Positions 1-14,352 of a stretch of 64,000 nucleotides of DNA are shown here, one piece after another. The notes below the pieces were generated by a model. It saw only the letters and a program-made list of their open reading frames with translations, made no database searches and had not been told where the DNA came from. Source of the DNA: Chrysomallon squamiferum (lineage: Eukaryota; Animalia; Mollusca); the NCBI GenBank assembly GCA_012295275.1, contig CM022679.1, positions 17,112,001-17,176,000 of the forward strand, written 5' to 3'. The translations under genes were made by a program, and so were the position numbers. Each line of letters opens with the position of its first letter. Position 1 is the first letter of the stretch.

Positions 1-1244
1 CTACAGTTTCATAACCTCTTACACTTGAGTTGTAGAGAAAAGGAGATAAACACTTAAGCTCTATCATTTTAATTCACACAATACATTACACTGAGCAGTA
101 AGAAGGCCATTTCTGATAAGCTAATGTCTGTTTGACAGGCCTTTGTTTGTTCAGTGTTTAGTACACTTTGTCAAACTCTAAGCTCAGCCTAATGGAGTTG
201 GCAGTGGTTTCTAAGTAAATGGCCCTTGGTGATAACATCATAAGTTTATGTAATTTCAGGTTATGCATTATTTCTTAATTCTCCATTAGCATGAATAACT
301 TAAGGAATATCTTTTGCTATTATAGATTATTATTTTTAAGAATATATCCAGTATGAGAAATCAGTATTCATATTTTGTTTTAAAAATTAGAATTAAAATT
401 GAAATATATTTATATGATTTGTTAAAAATAATCTTAATTTGCAAAAAAGATTTGATTAATTAAAACACATCTGGAGAAACAAAAACAAAAATAAAACCAC
501 ACTTTATTCTGTAAACTTAAAATATTTATTTCATTATATAGCTTTAATTCTTTCAGCCAACCACTTTTGATGCACTATTTCCATGTTGAAAAAAAAAAAA
601 GAAAAAAAAAAGAAGAAAAAAAGAATAAATAGATGTTATCATGACAGTTGTTCTCGCTAAAATTTACAAGAAATAAATGCTGTTGGATAGCAAAAAGTTA
701 AAAGAAGAATAATTAAAACAGGGCAAGAAATATTTGCTACAACTGCTACAGATATAATGCAAACATTTGAAACATTACTACATACCAATTAAAAATTAAT
801 TCTCACACCAACTATTATAACTGTATTGACAATTTAAACATAGAATACAAAATATCACATTAGTGGAATATTGCTATTAACCAGACAATAAATAAATCCA
901 GCCTAAATTTCATCATAACGTAATTTTATTTATTACCATACTGAAACATCCATCTGTAGAATTAACAAAAATTTCATTCAATCGTAGTGTTTTTACACTG
1001 TTGAAGGCAACAGACTATTTATAAAATATTATCAAATGTAAACTGAAAAAAGAGTAAGCACAAGTTTACACCAAATTAAGTCATTCTGGGTTATTATAAA
1101 GGACTGTGATATTTGTGCAGATGAATTGTAATGGCCATTTCTGATCAGACCATATAGACAACAACAAACAATAGAAATATAAAGACTAAAAACAGATTTA
1201 AAAACAGCTATCACGTTTTTGGTCTACAAATTCAACAGATATAT

Positions 1245-1250
1245 TTTATT
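1245..1250 (-). terminator. Candidate polyadenylation signal (AATAAA) of the STPG2-like gene
   Basis: tttatt on + strand about 160 nt downstream of the stop codon. Other AATAAA hexamers occur further downstream, so the site used is uncertain. Confidence 0.35.
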
Positions 1251-1410
1251 TGTAATACAAATATACAATCAAAAACACACTTTTGTGAGTTAAAATATTC
1301 AAAAAATCAACAAAAGAGTCAAAAACAATGTAAATAAGATCAGAATTCATCATTGGCTGTTTGAAGAATGGTTTAATGTTTCAGTTGGTTATAACAAGTT
1401 TGAATGTTTT

Positions 1411-1542
1411 CTATACTCCTAGAAGGAAAGCGTGCTTCGCTGACTGCAGATTGTGGACAGGATCTAGTGGTTGTGCTAGTGGGTTGTTCAGGGTGGCATT
1501 GAAAGTTCCCTTTAATACTGTGTCTTGAATGAGTGGTGAAAA
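1411..1542 (-). CDS. STPG2: STPG2-like, coding exon 11 (last): FSPLIQDTVLKGTFNATLNNPLAQPLDPVHNLQSAKHAFLLGV*
   Basis: tttttcag acceptor, phase 0, 132 nt including TAG. Resembles the STPG2 C-terminal motif (SP..L.L K.T(Y/F)N.TL). Not in the ORF track. Confidence 0.9.
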   Translation of the reverse strand, partial: FSPLIQDTVLKGTFNATLNNPLAQPLDPVHNLQSAKHAFLLGV

Positions 1543-1779
1543 CTGAAAAAGAAGAAACATATAATATTAAATAAAAATGTCTAAAAATTCATACTGTCCA
1601 TTTAAACTAGTTTTTGAAAAGGATGGTACCACACTTTAGTATTATTATGAGATTTTCATACAAACAGGTAAAAGATAACTTGACACTAAGTGATCTGACT
1701 ATATATACGACATGTCCCACATTAATTCTGTGGGTTTTATTATTATCACTTATCAGAAATTACATCTATATTTATTTGT

Positions 1780-1842
1780 GCACACGCACACGCACACGCA
1801 CACACACACGCACACACACACACACACATACACACACACACA
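1780..1842. repeat. (CA)n/(CACGCA)n compound microsatellite
   Basis: Directly visible. Confidence 0.95.
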
Positions 1843-1992
1843 CCTATATAATTACACATGCATATATATCTATATCTAAATCTATATATTTATATATTAT
1901 ATAGGTGTTTGCAATACCTAAAAAAAAAAGTCAGAATGTCAAATATTTTTGTAAACTGTAATCTATATGATTAATGTGTATATATTTATTAA

Positions 1993-2045
1993 CTTAGATA
2001 AATCTGGATATTTGGATAAAATTTTTGGATAAGGTTTTTTACTGT
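1993..2045. mobile_element. Possible decayed pogo/Tigger-type MITE end
   Basis: Repeated tggata subterminal motifs ending aaggttttttactgt, resembling the reverse complement of a CAGTAAAACCT-type TIR. No partner TIR seen. Confidence 0.25.
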
Positions 2046-3551
2046 TATCAGTGCTGTAATAATGCTGATGATGAAGATTCTACTTGTTGCATTAATAAAA
2101 TTACATTTGATGAAAACAGGTTTTAAGTTTCATTTCTCTCAGTGGAAATAAACAGACTGCAGACTGCTGAACACTGTGATTTAAGATTGTCACTAAGCGA
2201 CTTTAAAGCAGACAGTGGAAAATGGTATCACTTCATCAAACTCATCCATCACCCAGAGATTTACTGAACAGTGAAGTGGTTATCTAGCTAAATAATGTTC
2301 ACTGGGAAAACTCCTCTATCAAGTTCATCATTTTCTTACATTAATTAAACTAAAATCTTCTAATTGGGTTTTCGCTTAATGTGTATTTAATTGTTTCTGT
2401 TTCAATCATGTCTTTCTTAGTGAATCCTGCTAATTATTCATATAAAATACTTCTTTTTACTGCAGAATAAGGAAGTGCAGAATGGTATATATGAAAGCAA
2501 AGAGTTGAAATTTAGTAACATTGAGTAATAGATAAAAATGTAAGCATGAAACTGATTAGGATGAAAATAAATACACTGATACATATACCCCATATACACA
2601 CAAAAACATGATACTAAAAAAAATAATAGTAAAAAAAAAAAAAAAAATGATAAAATAGTCACAACAGAAGCCAAAATGCAAAACATTCTTATAAACACAT
2701 TAGCCAAAATGTACATTCCCTGAAAGGAAAATGACCATCTTCAACAAACCATTATGCAGTAGTATTTCTATATTACAGTCAATATTCTGTATGATATTAA
2801 CTAATATGAAATCATGCAAATGTGGCAATATTTATCACAGGGTGTACAGAATGATATGCTAACATATACACTACTAATCAAATTCAGATCATTTTCCTTT
2901 ATGGTATAACAGCTCTGTACACAGATATGAAACAAATTTTCTATGTTACAGCATTATGGCAGTTTTGTCTGGGGGAGGCCATTATATCTGACTTCACTGG
3001 CTAATTAATCCAGTCATTTGCCCATGACACCCAAATCCACTTCTGTGTATCCACAAAACATCCCATAAAATCACTGTATTAGATTTGTCATTCAAATTCC
3101 ATTACTGCAGATGCATGCAGTCATAAATTGTCAATTATTTTGTCATCTTAAAGTGAACTTAGAGAAATTTAATTTTTGATGTTTAATATACATTAATAAC
3201 AGAATTCCTATCAGGAACTTTCATCTAGATTATAAGAATAGGAAAGCCTGGAGACTGACATAAATTGAATCTTTAATGATGGCACTTGTGTGGCAGTATA
3301 TTATAGAAGTAATTGTACATGTCTAAACTCTCTGTAGATGTTAGCTTGTGTAAGTCAGATGACAGTGTGTGGGATTGCAATGTCTAGCAAACTTATCTCA
3401 GAAGTAAATATACTGAACACATTAACTTGTGATTTACTGTGTCTGATGACTCAGTCAGCCTAACACTAATGTGTTTTTCTTTATAATACTAGCCATAACT
3501 GTAGACAAGTACAAGGTTAAGATTTGAAGGAAATATAAAGAATATGGGGTA

Positions 3552-3600
3552 TAATAATAATAATAATAATAATAACAATGATGATGATGATGATGATAAC
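3552..3600. repeat. (TAA)n-(TGA)n trinucleotide microsatellite
   Basis: Directly visible. Explains the poly-Met ORF at 3578. Confidence 0.9.
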
Positions 3601-6600
3601 TATAATCATGAAACATACACAATTTACAGACTTCATTATTTTTGCTCAGCAGATTTCAATTACCATGACACAGTATTTAGTTACAGTCACAGCACAAAAA
3701 AATTCTGACTTCTTTTATAAATATGAAACATATGTATCTATCATAAACATTATGTGTGAGAGAAAACATATTGATAAACAGGTTATTATCATGCTAAAAA
3801 TTCATAATCAAAACAGACATTTTCCTAGAAGTCATGTATACAGTATGAACTAGATGTCTGATTAAAACTGGGAGACTAGAGTGTTTGGGTTTCAGACAGT
3901 TTTTCATTTCACTTCTGAATGCTTAATTTATTTTCTTATACCTATTCACATATGCAGGTAATAATAAACATTAAATTAGAAAAGTATTATAGCATGTCTG
4001 TCATGGGTTTAACTTCTGATTTCAGTGGAGAGGTATTCCAAAGGTTTACAGAATGTTTTATCTAAATATCTATATTTAGATGTATATATAGATGAAACAA
4101 AAATAAAAATAACAATTAAAAACAAACACTACATACTAATAGATATAAATGTGTATAAAAGATTTAAATAAAATTTGCTACAGTGTGAAAAGTCTGTTTG
4201 TTAACAACTCATAGGCTGTATCATAAATTATTTCAAGAGTTCATTCTATTGTTAGTTGTGTAATGATGAGCATTGTGCTCAAGACAAAACAAAGAATAAA
4301 GACTATTATTACTCTGTTTAGTCATCAACTATAGATGTTTTCAAAACAATGTTCATAACTCAACTTTTCAAAGTGGATCAGATATCAAAGATAAAAGGCA
4401 ATAATATAAAATTTCCACAGGGCAGATACGTGGATTAATGCATGTTTGAAACCTGTAATTAAGTTGTTTGTATAATTAACTAATGGACTGAAGCTCATGG
4501 TAGAAATAACTGCTGAAGACAGATATCAGACTCAGGTAATGCAGGGATTAACTTCATCACATCCAGCCTTTGTTTTCTTCTCTGTCATGCATGAGAAGAC
4601 AAAAAGGAAAAAAAAAAGCTCCAGCAATAAAAAGGATGAACCTACTGTTTTATTGCTACTGGCGTTTACCATTGTCAACAGATAATGTACAGAAAGATTA
4701 ATAAATTCAGAAAAATTGTGTTTGGTTAGAAATTTGAAACATTATGACAAAATGATAAATAAATGTGACAGAACCTGTTTGCTCTATGCTAATGTTATGA
4801 CAGACAAAAGCTGCAAATTCTAGTATTGATGCTTATGAACAAGCTTTTACCATAAAGTTTCAATTTTGTTACTTTGTATGTATTAAACACACATGACCTT
4901 TTTATATCAACAAATTATGTTCAAATTGCATAAAAGATTAATAATAAACATTATAAAAATAAATACATAAATTAAAAATAAAATAAAAATTAATAATGAT
5001 GATGAAAGCCAAATACTGAAATGTGAAGCTCAAAAGTGCAGTATCCTGTCTCAGTTAAAATTAACAATTTGTCTGTAATTTAATCATTATTCTCCTTTTT
5101 ATACTGCAGAAAATAACATAACATATAAACATTAAAGAAAAAAGAAACCATTATTACTCAAGTCATTAATAATGGGGCTGTGACAGTATTAATTAATCCT
5201 ATTTAAATTAAATACTGAATTAAAAAAGAAAAACAAAAATCAACTGTATTTTGTAACAGCTATAAAAACCTGTTTATAACAGTTACTATCATTTCATTGC
5301 TAATGATAACAGTAGAAATCATTAATTAATTTTGTTTATTTAATAATAACAAGAAGAATAAAAACATAAGATTTTTGTTACAGAAATAAAAGATAAATTA
5401 ATGTTACTTATCTTGTAAATCATTTACACTAATGTTTAAATCATTATGATTACAGTAATCATTTTATTTAGATCATATCACATAGTAAGAAGAATGAAGA
5501 AAAATATGTTTGTTACAGAAATTTCAGAAGTAACATCATTGTAACAGGGTCTGCAGAGACGAGAAATGTCTGGTGTGTGAATGATGTGACAGAAACAAAA
5601 GCAGTAAATTGCACAATGACATCACACTGTCTGAGAATTTGAAATGTTTTCTATCTGCTTGACAGTTAAGACAGGTTCATATTCCAGACACTTCAACACA
5701 GTACTGTTTTCTTCTTGATTTTAAATGTTTATATATTTATTTATTGATGAATACATTTTTTTTTTTAATGTTAATTAAAGTTAATTTCATTTCATTTTTT
5801 CTTTTAAAAATAAAAATCTGTGTTCAGAAATGATTAACTTTTAATATTATATTTGCAGAAATAAATGCATTTGGTACAAAAAACTGTTTCACTCATATAT
5901 TTAAATTTATTTATATATCTTTATTAACTTTCATACATTTTCTAATATAAGATTAACACACTTTTGCTTCTTTTGAAATCAACAACATAAAAATCTACTT
6001 TTGCATTTTATAGGTCACTGTAAGTATGAAATCATATTCTCTATTGTTATCAATAAACAAATGCAAGATTTATTCTGTAATCTTATTACATTATTAAAAT
6101 ACATTCATTCATCCTGAAGTGATACAAATTAATGTGAACCCTGTATGAGATTACAAAGAGGTACAAAGTTTGAGATTAATACCACATGCATGCTGATTAG
6201 AACACCAAATCTAAGCTTGTTGGCATTAAAATTCTGTAGAAATGAAAAGAATGAATATCTAACACAATCTCAAGAAATATGTGTCAGTTATACTAGATGT
6301 TACAAAGATATGAGAGAGGAAACCTGCAACTATAATCGAATGGGCTACTGTTGTAGTATTAATTTTATATGAACAGAAAACATAAGTTAATGGTACCTGA
6401 TGTTATTTTTCAAACATATATAATTCAGTATTCACAAATATTAAATGAATGTATTAAAAACAGATTTTATATCAGATCACATAACATTTTAGATGAGTAC
6501 TTGAATAAATTGTAACTTAATCTGACCAGATGAATAAAAATAATGAATTTAATAAACTATTATTTCATCAAGTTCAGTGGTTTTCAAGAAGTGTACTGGA

Positions 6601-6782
6601 GTGTGGCAAGGTCAGTTGTCAGTTGATGGATTTCATATGCAGGTGCCCCTGTTGATAAACTGACAACTGTAATGGAGTAGCAGTGACCATGAAACAAAAT
6701 CTGAAAGAAATATTTTCAATAATTGGTTTTGTTAAACTGATCCTCTGGTTTGATAAATGTATGGTTCCATGTGGCTTGAGAA

Positions 6783-7665
6783 AATCACACTTGAGAAAAT
6801 GTACATAACTTGTAAAGTATATACTACTTGTAAAGTCACATTATTTTTTTACACTGTACCTATATACTGTAGTACTGTAAATCACACTATGTTTTACTGT
6901 ATGTGTCTACTGTAGACTGTAATTTGTGGAAATCACAGTACATTTTACTTTTTATGTATGTACTGTTGTACTGCAACTTGTCGAAATCACACTATATATT
7001 ACACTGTATGTATGTACTATAGGAATGTAAGTTGTGGAAATCACACTATGCTTTATACTGTCTGAAAGTTTTGTAATTAAAAAAGTCACATTGTATGTCT
7101 TAACTACAGGATGTCATACTGAATGTTTTGTAACTACAGAAGATCACAGAAATTGTTTGGTAACTGTAGAAAGTTACACTGAATGTTTTATAACTACAGG
7201 AAGTTACCCTGTATGTCTTGTAATTATTGATAGTCACACTGTATATTTTTTAATTATACAAAATCACTGATTGTTTGTTGACTACAGAAAGTCACTATAT
7301 GCTTTGTAACTATAGGAAATCTTACAATATTTTTTTTTATTACAACAGAAAATCACACTATATGTCTTTTAACTATAGAAAAGCATACTGTATAGCATGT
7401 AACTATAGAAAACAGACTGTGTATGTCTTGTAACTATAAAAAATCACAATCTATGTCTTGAAAAAATCACACTGTGTGGCTTGTAACTATAGAAAGTCAC
7501 ACTGTATATTTTTGTAACTACATAAAGTCACACTGTATGTTTTTGTAACTATTAAAAATCTTACTGTATGTCAAGTAACTATGGGAAACCAGACTCTATG
7601 TTTTGTAACTATAAAAAATCACAATGTATGTCTTGTAACTATAAAAAATCACTGTATGTCTTGTA
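6783..7665. repeat. Compound degenerate minisatellite (~54-bp units then ~30-bp units, consensus about TTGTAACTATAGAAAGTCACACTGTATGTC)
   Basis: Recurring AAA(A/G)TCACACT core. The ORF at 7034 shows 10-aa periodicity, matching 30 bp. Confidence 0.9.
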
Positions 7666-9621
7666 AGTAATTTAAAATAGAAAAAAGTGTGTCTTTTCTT
7701 AGGTTATAACTTGAAAGGTAAGGCAGGCAATAAATGACTTTTCTTTTGTGTATGTAGGATTTTATTATTTTGTTTGCTTTTTCCTTAAAAATATCAGGGT
7801 TGCATCTAGATCATAGGAGAATGGTCTGAATTGGCAGATTTGCTAAAGCAAAAAGCAGTACTTAATAATTAATAGATAGCAATAAGAACAATTTTGGGTG
7901 GGGGAGGTATATCCTTATCACTGTTAGTATAATGGCTGTAGACATTATGTTTTGCTTTTTCACTAGATGTATATTTTTACACAGGTAATTTAAATTTTGA
8001 AGTTAAGGCATGAGAATGGCATGAAGATGTAAAACAGGACATTTTAAGTTAAAGATAACAAAGAGCATTGTTTGTAATTTCTAAATGATTCCACATAACC
8101 ATAGGCCAAGTCTCTTGCGTGCCATTCATTTCCAAATTTGTTAAAATATGCAGATCGCTAATTCGTCAAAATCTCCTTCTAATCATTTTATAATGTAAAT
8201 GTCACTGAAACATATTGCATTTTGTAACTGAAACCATTGTGCAGATACATTTCAAAATGCCATGTAAACTGATATTAAAGTGAATAGATGAAAGATCACT
8301 AAAAGCAATGACTAATAGCTGCAAAATAATGGTGTATCTCAGTGTGAGACTTGTTAAATGGATACAGTGTTAAGTTGTGGATGAGACCACAGATGACAGA
8401 ACAAAGGCAAATGGGACAGACTTGAGACAAGGTTAGAAATTGAAATCTTTCAGGCTTAATTATAAATGCATTAATCTTTGGATTAGATATTTTCATTGCA
8501 TGTGCATTTAATCTTTTGTCACAAGAGTTATTAGTTTCATTTTCACCATCTATTTTATTTCACACAAACTTTTCATTTCCACTTTTCCTGTCAAATAAAA
8601 ATTAAAGGTCAATAAACTTTAAGTAATAATAATCATTATAACATCAGTTAACTGTATTATAACTTTAAAATCTAGTAATATTTAAAAGAGAAAGCGTAAC
8701 ATGCTTCTTGAACATGTGTCAGTTTAACATTTTCCTAGTGATGGCATTAAAAAAATTACTTTTATTTTATTTATCTTCTTTATTTAGATTACATGATACA
8801 TAGATTCAAAATAAATAAATAAAAATAAATAATATAATCAGTACACATACTGATATCAACTGGTTGCATGGAATCTGCTTATTTAAAAGAAACTGATAGC
8901 AGTATTTATCTGTTCATTTATGGGGTGGGTTTTTTAAAATGATTACTCTGATGTAATAATTGGGTTCAAGCACAATTTCCAGACTGTTCAGATCTTTAAT
9001 TCTGGAACAAAACTGAATTAGAAAGAGCAGTTTATTTCAAACCCCTAAAGAATTGGTTGATTTTTGGAAAAGCAAAATTAAACATTTTGAATTTTCATGT
9101 GAAGAAATTTATGACTTTATTTTTTTGTGTTTTTCATTTTAATGTAACTAGGCATGACCAGTGTGATCTATTTGTCAGTGACCAGAACAGGTGCATGAAA
9201 TTGTTAGGAGATTTTTATTAGATTGAAGAAAACTATAGACTGACACTTAACTCTAAGAAGATACTATCTTGCTTAGAATGGACAGTTTATTAACATTTTT
9301 TCTTCTCCAGTAGATATTTGATCTTTTCCTTCCAGTGGAATATGTTTGAAAATAGGCATTTTTGAGTTTATAGCAGTTGACATTTGTTTATTTGATTGCA
9401 TTCAAGCAATTTTTATTGGTTATGGAAGGCAGATTTTTATGTGCATTGTACTGGATGCAGGAAAAAAAATGTGCTCAAGATGTATGAGTCATTGAATTAT
9501 CATTGACTTTATTGATGTGAATGGTCCTCACACAAACATGTAAAATGCCAAACAATCAATTTAATTTATTATTTTCATCAATTCAAAAAACTGTTATTGT
9601 TTTAATGGGTAATCTTTGGTT

Positions 9622-9624
<3 letters not shown>

Positions 9625-9653
<29 letters not shown>
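9625..9653. repeat. (TA)n microsatellite
   Basis: Directly visible. Confidence 0.95.
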
Positions 9654-9657
<4 letters not shown>

Positions 9658-10372
9658 ACTATAAAATGTGATTTATAAAATGCAACTGAAATACTGTGAG
9701 CAGTTATTTTCTTGAAAAAGAGTTTATATTTATTATAATTATAATTAATACCTTTTCAATATACAAAATTAGAATACTTTTTTCCCCTGCAGAGCTATAA
9801 GGTTTCATATAATTTTTGCAAATTAGGTACACACAGACACAAAACATTTAATTACAATGTTAGAATGACAAACACTTGAGTGTTAATAATTAATGAACAG
9901 CAATTATCATTATGAAAATCAGGAAACTAGAAGAACAAAGGAAGAAATGACAAAAATGGATTTAAACTAATCTCAGCAAAAAATTTAAAGATTCAAGAAT
10001 ATATGAGAATAGAAAAAAATGTATTTACCTCTAAGTGTGTATTGTATGTGTCTCTGCTGTTTTCAGATTGTTTTGTTCAGAGTAAGTAATGTACCATGGA
10101 CAGTAGTCTCTTTTTGAGTACTTAGTGTTTTCACAACAAACATGATTACTGAATTATTCATAATATTTATCCTTGGTAAAATGTTTTCTCAATTTAGCAT
10201 CATTTATTAAATACATGACAATTCACAAATTATTTTCATGCTTTTTTTCTTTTACAGTGGTGTACTACTTAAGTATTAAAGATAATTATCCTGCATTAAA
10301 CAGTTAATGATACTGATTTAATTGCAAGAGTTCACTTGTTTAAATCACTTGTTGCTAATATTGATACTTTAC

Positions 10373-10491
10373 CTCATAAGCTCCAGGGCCAGGAGTATCA
10401 CTCTTGATTTCCTTAAACCTCTTATCCTTTGTCACCATCAAACCATTCTTAGGATCAAGTTCTGATGGAGGATGCTCATAGGCACCTGGAC
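10373..10491 (-). CDS. STPG2: STPG2-like, coding exon 10: (G)PGAYEHPPSELDPKNGLMVTKDKRFKEIKSDTPGPGAYE
   Basis: tttacag acceptor, GAG|gtaaag donor, 119 nt, phase 1 to 0. Two PGPGAY repeats. Not in the ORF track. Confidence 0.93.
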
Positions 10492-13400
10492 CTGTAAAAC
10501 ACAGAACAATAATCAAATTTAATTCAGTTAAAAATATGTGTCATACATATCAGTAGATATTCTCATCTAATTCAGTACTAGTAAGTATCTGTAGCTGTAT
10601 CAGTAGATGTACTCAAAACAATTTAGTCTCAGTTTGTATTAATTTGTGCACTCTGTAAAATTGAGTAAATTAGTGTAAATTTGTAATACAACATTACTGT
10701 ACTTCTTTTACTTTAAATTGTGTCTTCTTTAACAACAACAAAACAACAAAATACTATTAAGAAGAAAAAGAAAGAGAAAGAATTATATATATATATTATT
10801 TTAAAAATTTAATGTCGATGAGATTTAGTGCTTTCTGAATATCAGAATTGCAGAAAATTAATAAAATATATTTTATTAGTAAAAAAATTCCAAAATAAAT
10901 AAATTAATTAATTTATATATGAAGCATCATTTATCATAAATAACCATAAACATATGACAGAGACATTTTAATATCAGCATTCATGGGTGGTCTTTTGGCT
11001 TATGCAGTTTCCACTTTTGCATTTGACTTTTCTCATCTTTTGAATTGGTGTTGGCTGGACCAATCAATGTCAACCTAATGCAACTAATTAATTTTGAAAG
11101 TCATTTAGAACACCCAGAGCTTAGACCACAGACATCCAGAAAGATTTAGAGCTCAGAAATTGTTTAAGCATTTAAAGACTGAACCTATGCAAAAGTGCAG
11201 TTGCTCATTCAATCATGGTCTATCTGATTGTGTAGATGTTTATCAGGAAATCCATACTGTCAGAAGTCAGACACCATTAAGTATTGTGTTGTTTTATTCA
11301 GCAACTCTAGATTCCTGATATGAAGATACAAGTTTTATGTTCAAATAGAATAAATCAAAACAGCTGCTTGCCAGATAGAAATACTGGGAGAGGAAAATAG
11401 TTATTAAAAAGGCCTGTGAGTAAACTCTAAATGAAATAAATACAAAGAGATTTGGTGAAGATTTGTAAACATACATAATGCAGACATGTAATACTATATC
11501 AAACCCCTAATTTTATTTATAATACCATTTCTTGTCCTATTCAGCTAGTCTTTTAATTTGCTGAAGTCCAGTAAATTTGAATAAAAATCTATGTTCAAAA
11601 CATTACAAAAAAATAAAAAAAAAAAATGAAGAAGAGGAAAAATAAAGAATTAAAATAAATTAAAATTTAAGAAAGAAATAAAGCCAAGAAGCCTGTATAA
11701 GAGGTAATATATAAATAAGTGGATTTAATTTTAAGAGCTGTAAAAACAAAATAATATTTATAGTAAAGTTCTAAACACATGTTTGTCATCTCACACAGAG
11801 GAAGGGTGTGGACAGGGATGAAAATGGCTGCTAGTGAGAAGAAAGCCAGTGAAATAGAACATTCCACATTATTCTCTTTCTTTGGCCTCCTGACATTTGT
11901 TTTATCTACACAAGGGAAGCCGCCAGAGTTTACCAGCTTTTACATCATGTAGACTTCTACACTGAAATAACCTCTGGCTTCTCTGCAGAGGGCCATGACT
12001 GAAACATCAGTGTTTTTACTTTGTCAGGGATTGGAGAAGCAAACATCTTTAAACTTTCATCATGAAGATTGAAAGACAAACCCTAAGTGAATTACACAAA
12101 TGTTTTCATGTCTTTTTTTTTTTCACAAAGACCAAATCAGAGTTATCAAATAACACACAAAGTAATCAATAGGCTATACAAAACAACAAAACAAAATTAT
12201 AATTCTCTACATGAAATCTTTTTTTATATATAGATGTAGGAATATGTCTATTCGAAACCTTACATTTCACAGCTTAAATATTAAAAAATCATTTATTAGG
12301 CTTTATTATGCTTTGCATTCAGGGAAAGACTTGTTTTTATTATTTTCAAACAAATAAAGAAAACAATATTTATATTGTCGTCTTTTTAAATTATATTTAA
12401 CGTATGTTATATTTTAAAAAAAAACATAAGTTGGTTAATTTATAAATACTGAAATAAATAAAATAATAAATTAAATATTTTACCCAATCTGTAGTTTATT
12501 TCCTTCTTTACAATCATCATAAAACTAGAGTAAATAATTTCTGATGTTTCTTTTGAATAATTAAATCTATTTAAATTGCTGTTTTCAATTTAACTGAACT
12601 TAAAATATAAAAAAAAACATTTAAAATTCATTTACACTTTCATTCATTTCATATCAGAATTATATGAAGTCAAGTGATTTACTTTATTTATTATTTCTGA
12701 AACTGAGCATCAGTCAAGTTGTTAAAAGCGATTAGACCAAACATTTTAATGAATTATTTAACATTAAATAATCTAAATATTGTTAAATAAATAATTATTT
12801 TTTCAGTATATTTATCATGAATGTTGGATTACTGGATCTAATGAATCAGATTTGAAATTACAAAAATGTTGTTCTTAAAACAGGTATATTGTTTTTCTTA
12901 TAGAAGGAATTAACCGGCAAGTGAACATCTGTAGCAAAGATAGAAAAAGGGAGACTAGAAAATAACTAAATTTCTGAGCTATGTGGGTGACACACCTGCA
13001 TTTACAGGTGGACTTCAGATGGACCTCAGGTGCAGACCTAACATTTAAAACATGACTGTTTGCACTCCGACTAACCCATTTGCATCTACAGTGGTTCGGT
13101 CTACCATCCTCGACTTTTCACTACTTGTTAAATCCAGTGTAAAATGTTAATTCACATTCCTAATATCTTGTTTGTTACTTTTTGTTTGTTTTTTTTCATC
13201 TAAATAACTGTAAGGTGACAATCAGCCAGTAACCACTTAACTTCATAAAAGATTTTAACAAAAAAAATAAATAATAAATAATAAAAAAAATTACATAAAG
13301 ACCCCAAAAAATAAAATAAAATAAAATAAAATAAACATAAACATATATATAATTTTAGAAGAACTAGATCATCTGTATCAGTAATAAAAATAAAACTGTA

Positions 13401-14153
13401 AGAAATTAATTAAATCCAGTAAATGTGAATGGAAGAGTCAAACATCAGTTAGTTAATTGTGAATATAAAATAGTGACACGAAGAATGACAAAGTAAATGC
13501 AGTGTCACAGTGTACAAATGTGCTTAATACTCTAACATGACATTTAAATTATGACCATTTTTCTACATCATAGAAATGTGCTACTGTGTGCTGGAATGGA
13601 TGATTTCTTCTTATTTCAAGTGACCACCCTTCATTCTTTACTACTGTCCAATTTGCCAGCTGGCTGGATGGTCATTAGAAACATGGTATTAACCAATAAA
13701 TTCAGTAACTGGACTCTGTCAACAATCACAGTTGGTCTCATTTAGCATGACCTATAGCACCCCAGCTACGAAATAGTGGCCATAAATTCTGACCTCGGGC
13801 CTTTATCTTCAAGGGCAGCTGGCCATGGAAACATAAATCTCAACATTATACTCCGACTCCAAATAAACACATCACATTCTCTCCACTCAACTCCTTTGTT
13901 CTCTATGCTTTCATAACTACTGACACAAATTTATTATGTACAATATTTAATAAACAGTTTGTTGTATTTATTTCTTTGTTGAATGTAATGAAGGGCTTGT
14001 TTGCTAGTGTATTTATTAACTGTTACATTCCATGGTTAAACTGATATATCAAAGAATGCTAAAACAATTGATTTTTTTTTTCATTACACACTGCTTAAAA
14101 GTTATATTTGTTTTTATTATTTGAGAACAGATTTTTGTTTCAGAGCTCTAAAT

Positions 14154-14352
14154 TAGTTAATCTTAACTTGGTCAGTAGCACCTCCTTTGGATTCTCTCCC
14201 TGTAAATACAGGGTTGGAGCTGTAAACACTATATATTTATAAATGATTATAACTTCACTACATTGGTATTGTACATCTATGGTCAGTATAAAATTTATAT
14301 TAATAGTGGTACAAAAAAAGAAAAAATATGAAGACAGGGTTAAGAACCACTG
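14154..14352. mobile_element. hAT (Charlie-type) non-autonomous element / MITE, ~199 bp
   Basis: The right end cagggttaagaaccactg is the reverse complement of a CAGTGGTTCTTAAC TIR. The degenerate left end is tagttaatcttaac. The 8-bp TSD is ctctaaat (14146-14153) / ctctagat (14353-14360), matching the nTCTAGAn target preference. Confidence 0.65.

Noticed and set aside
2277-2289. TGGTTATCTAGCT, a 13-nt match to the middle of miR-9
   Set aside because: The seed (CTTTGG) is absent and no complementary arm is visible.
7034-7270. Cys/Thr-periodic 78-aa ORF
   Set aside because: Translation of the 30-bp minisatellite; no splice or start context.
6783-7665. Repeat array considered as CRISPR-like
   Set aside because: Units are contiguous degenerate tandem copies without unique spacers, in a eukaryotic intron with no cas genes.
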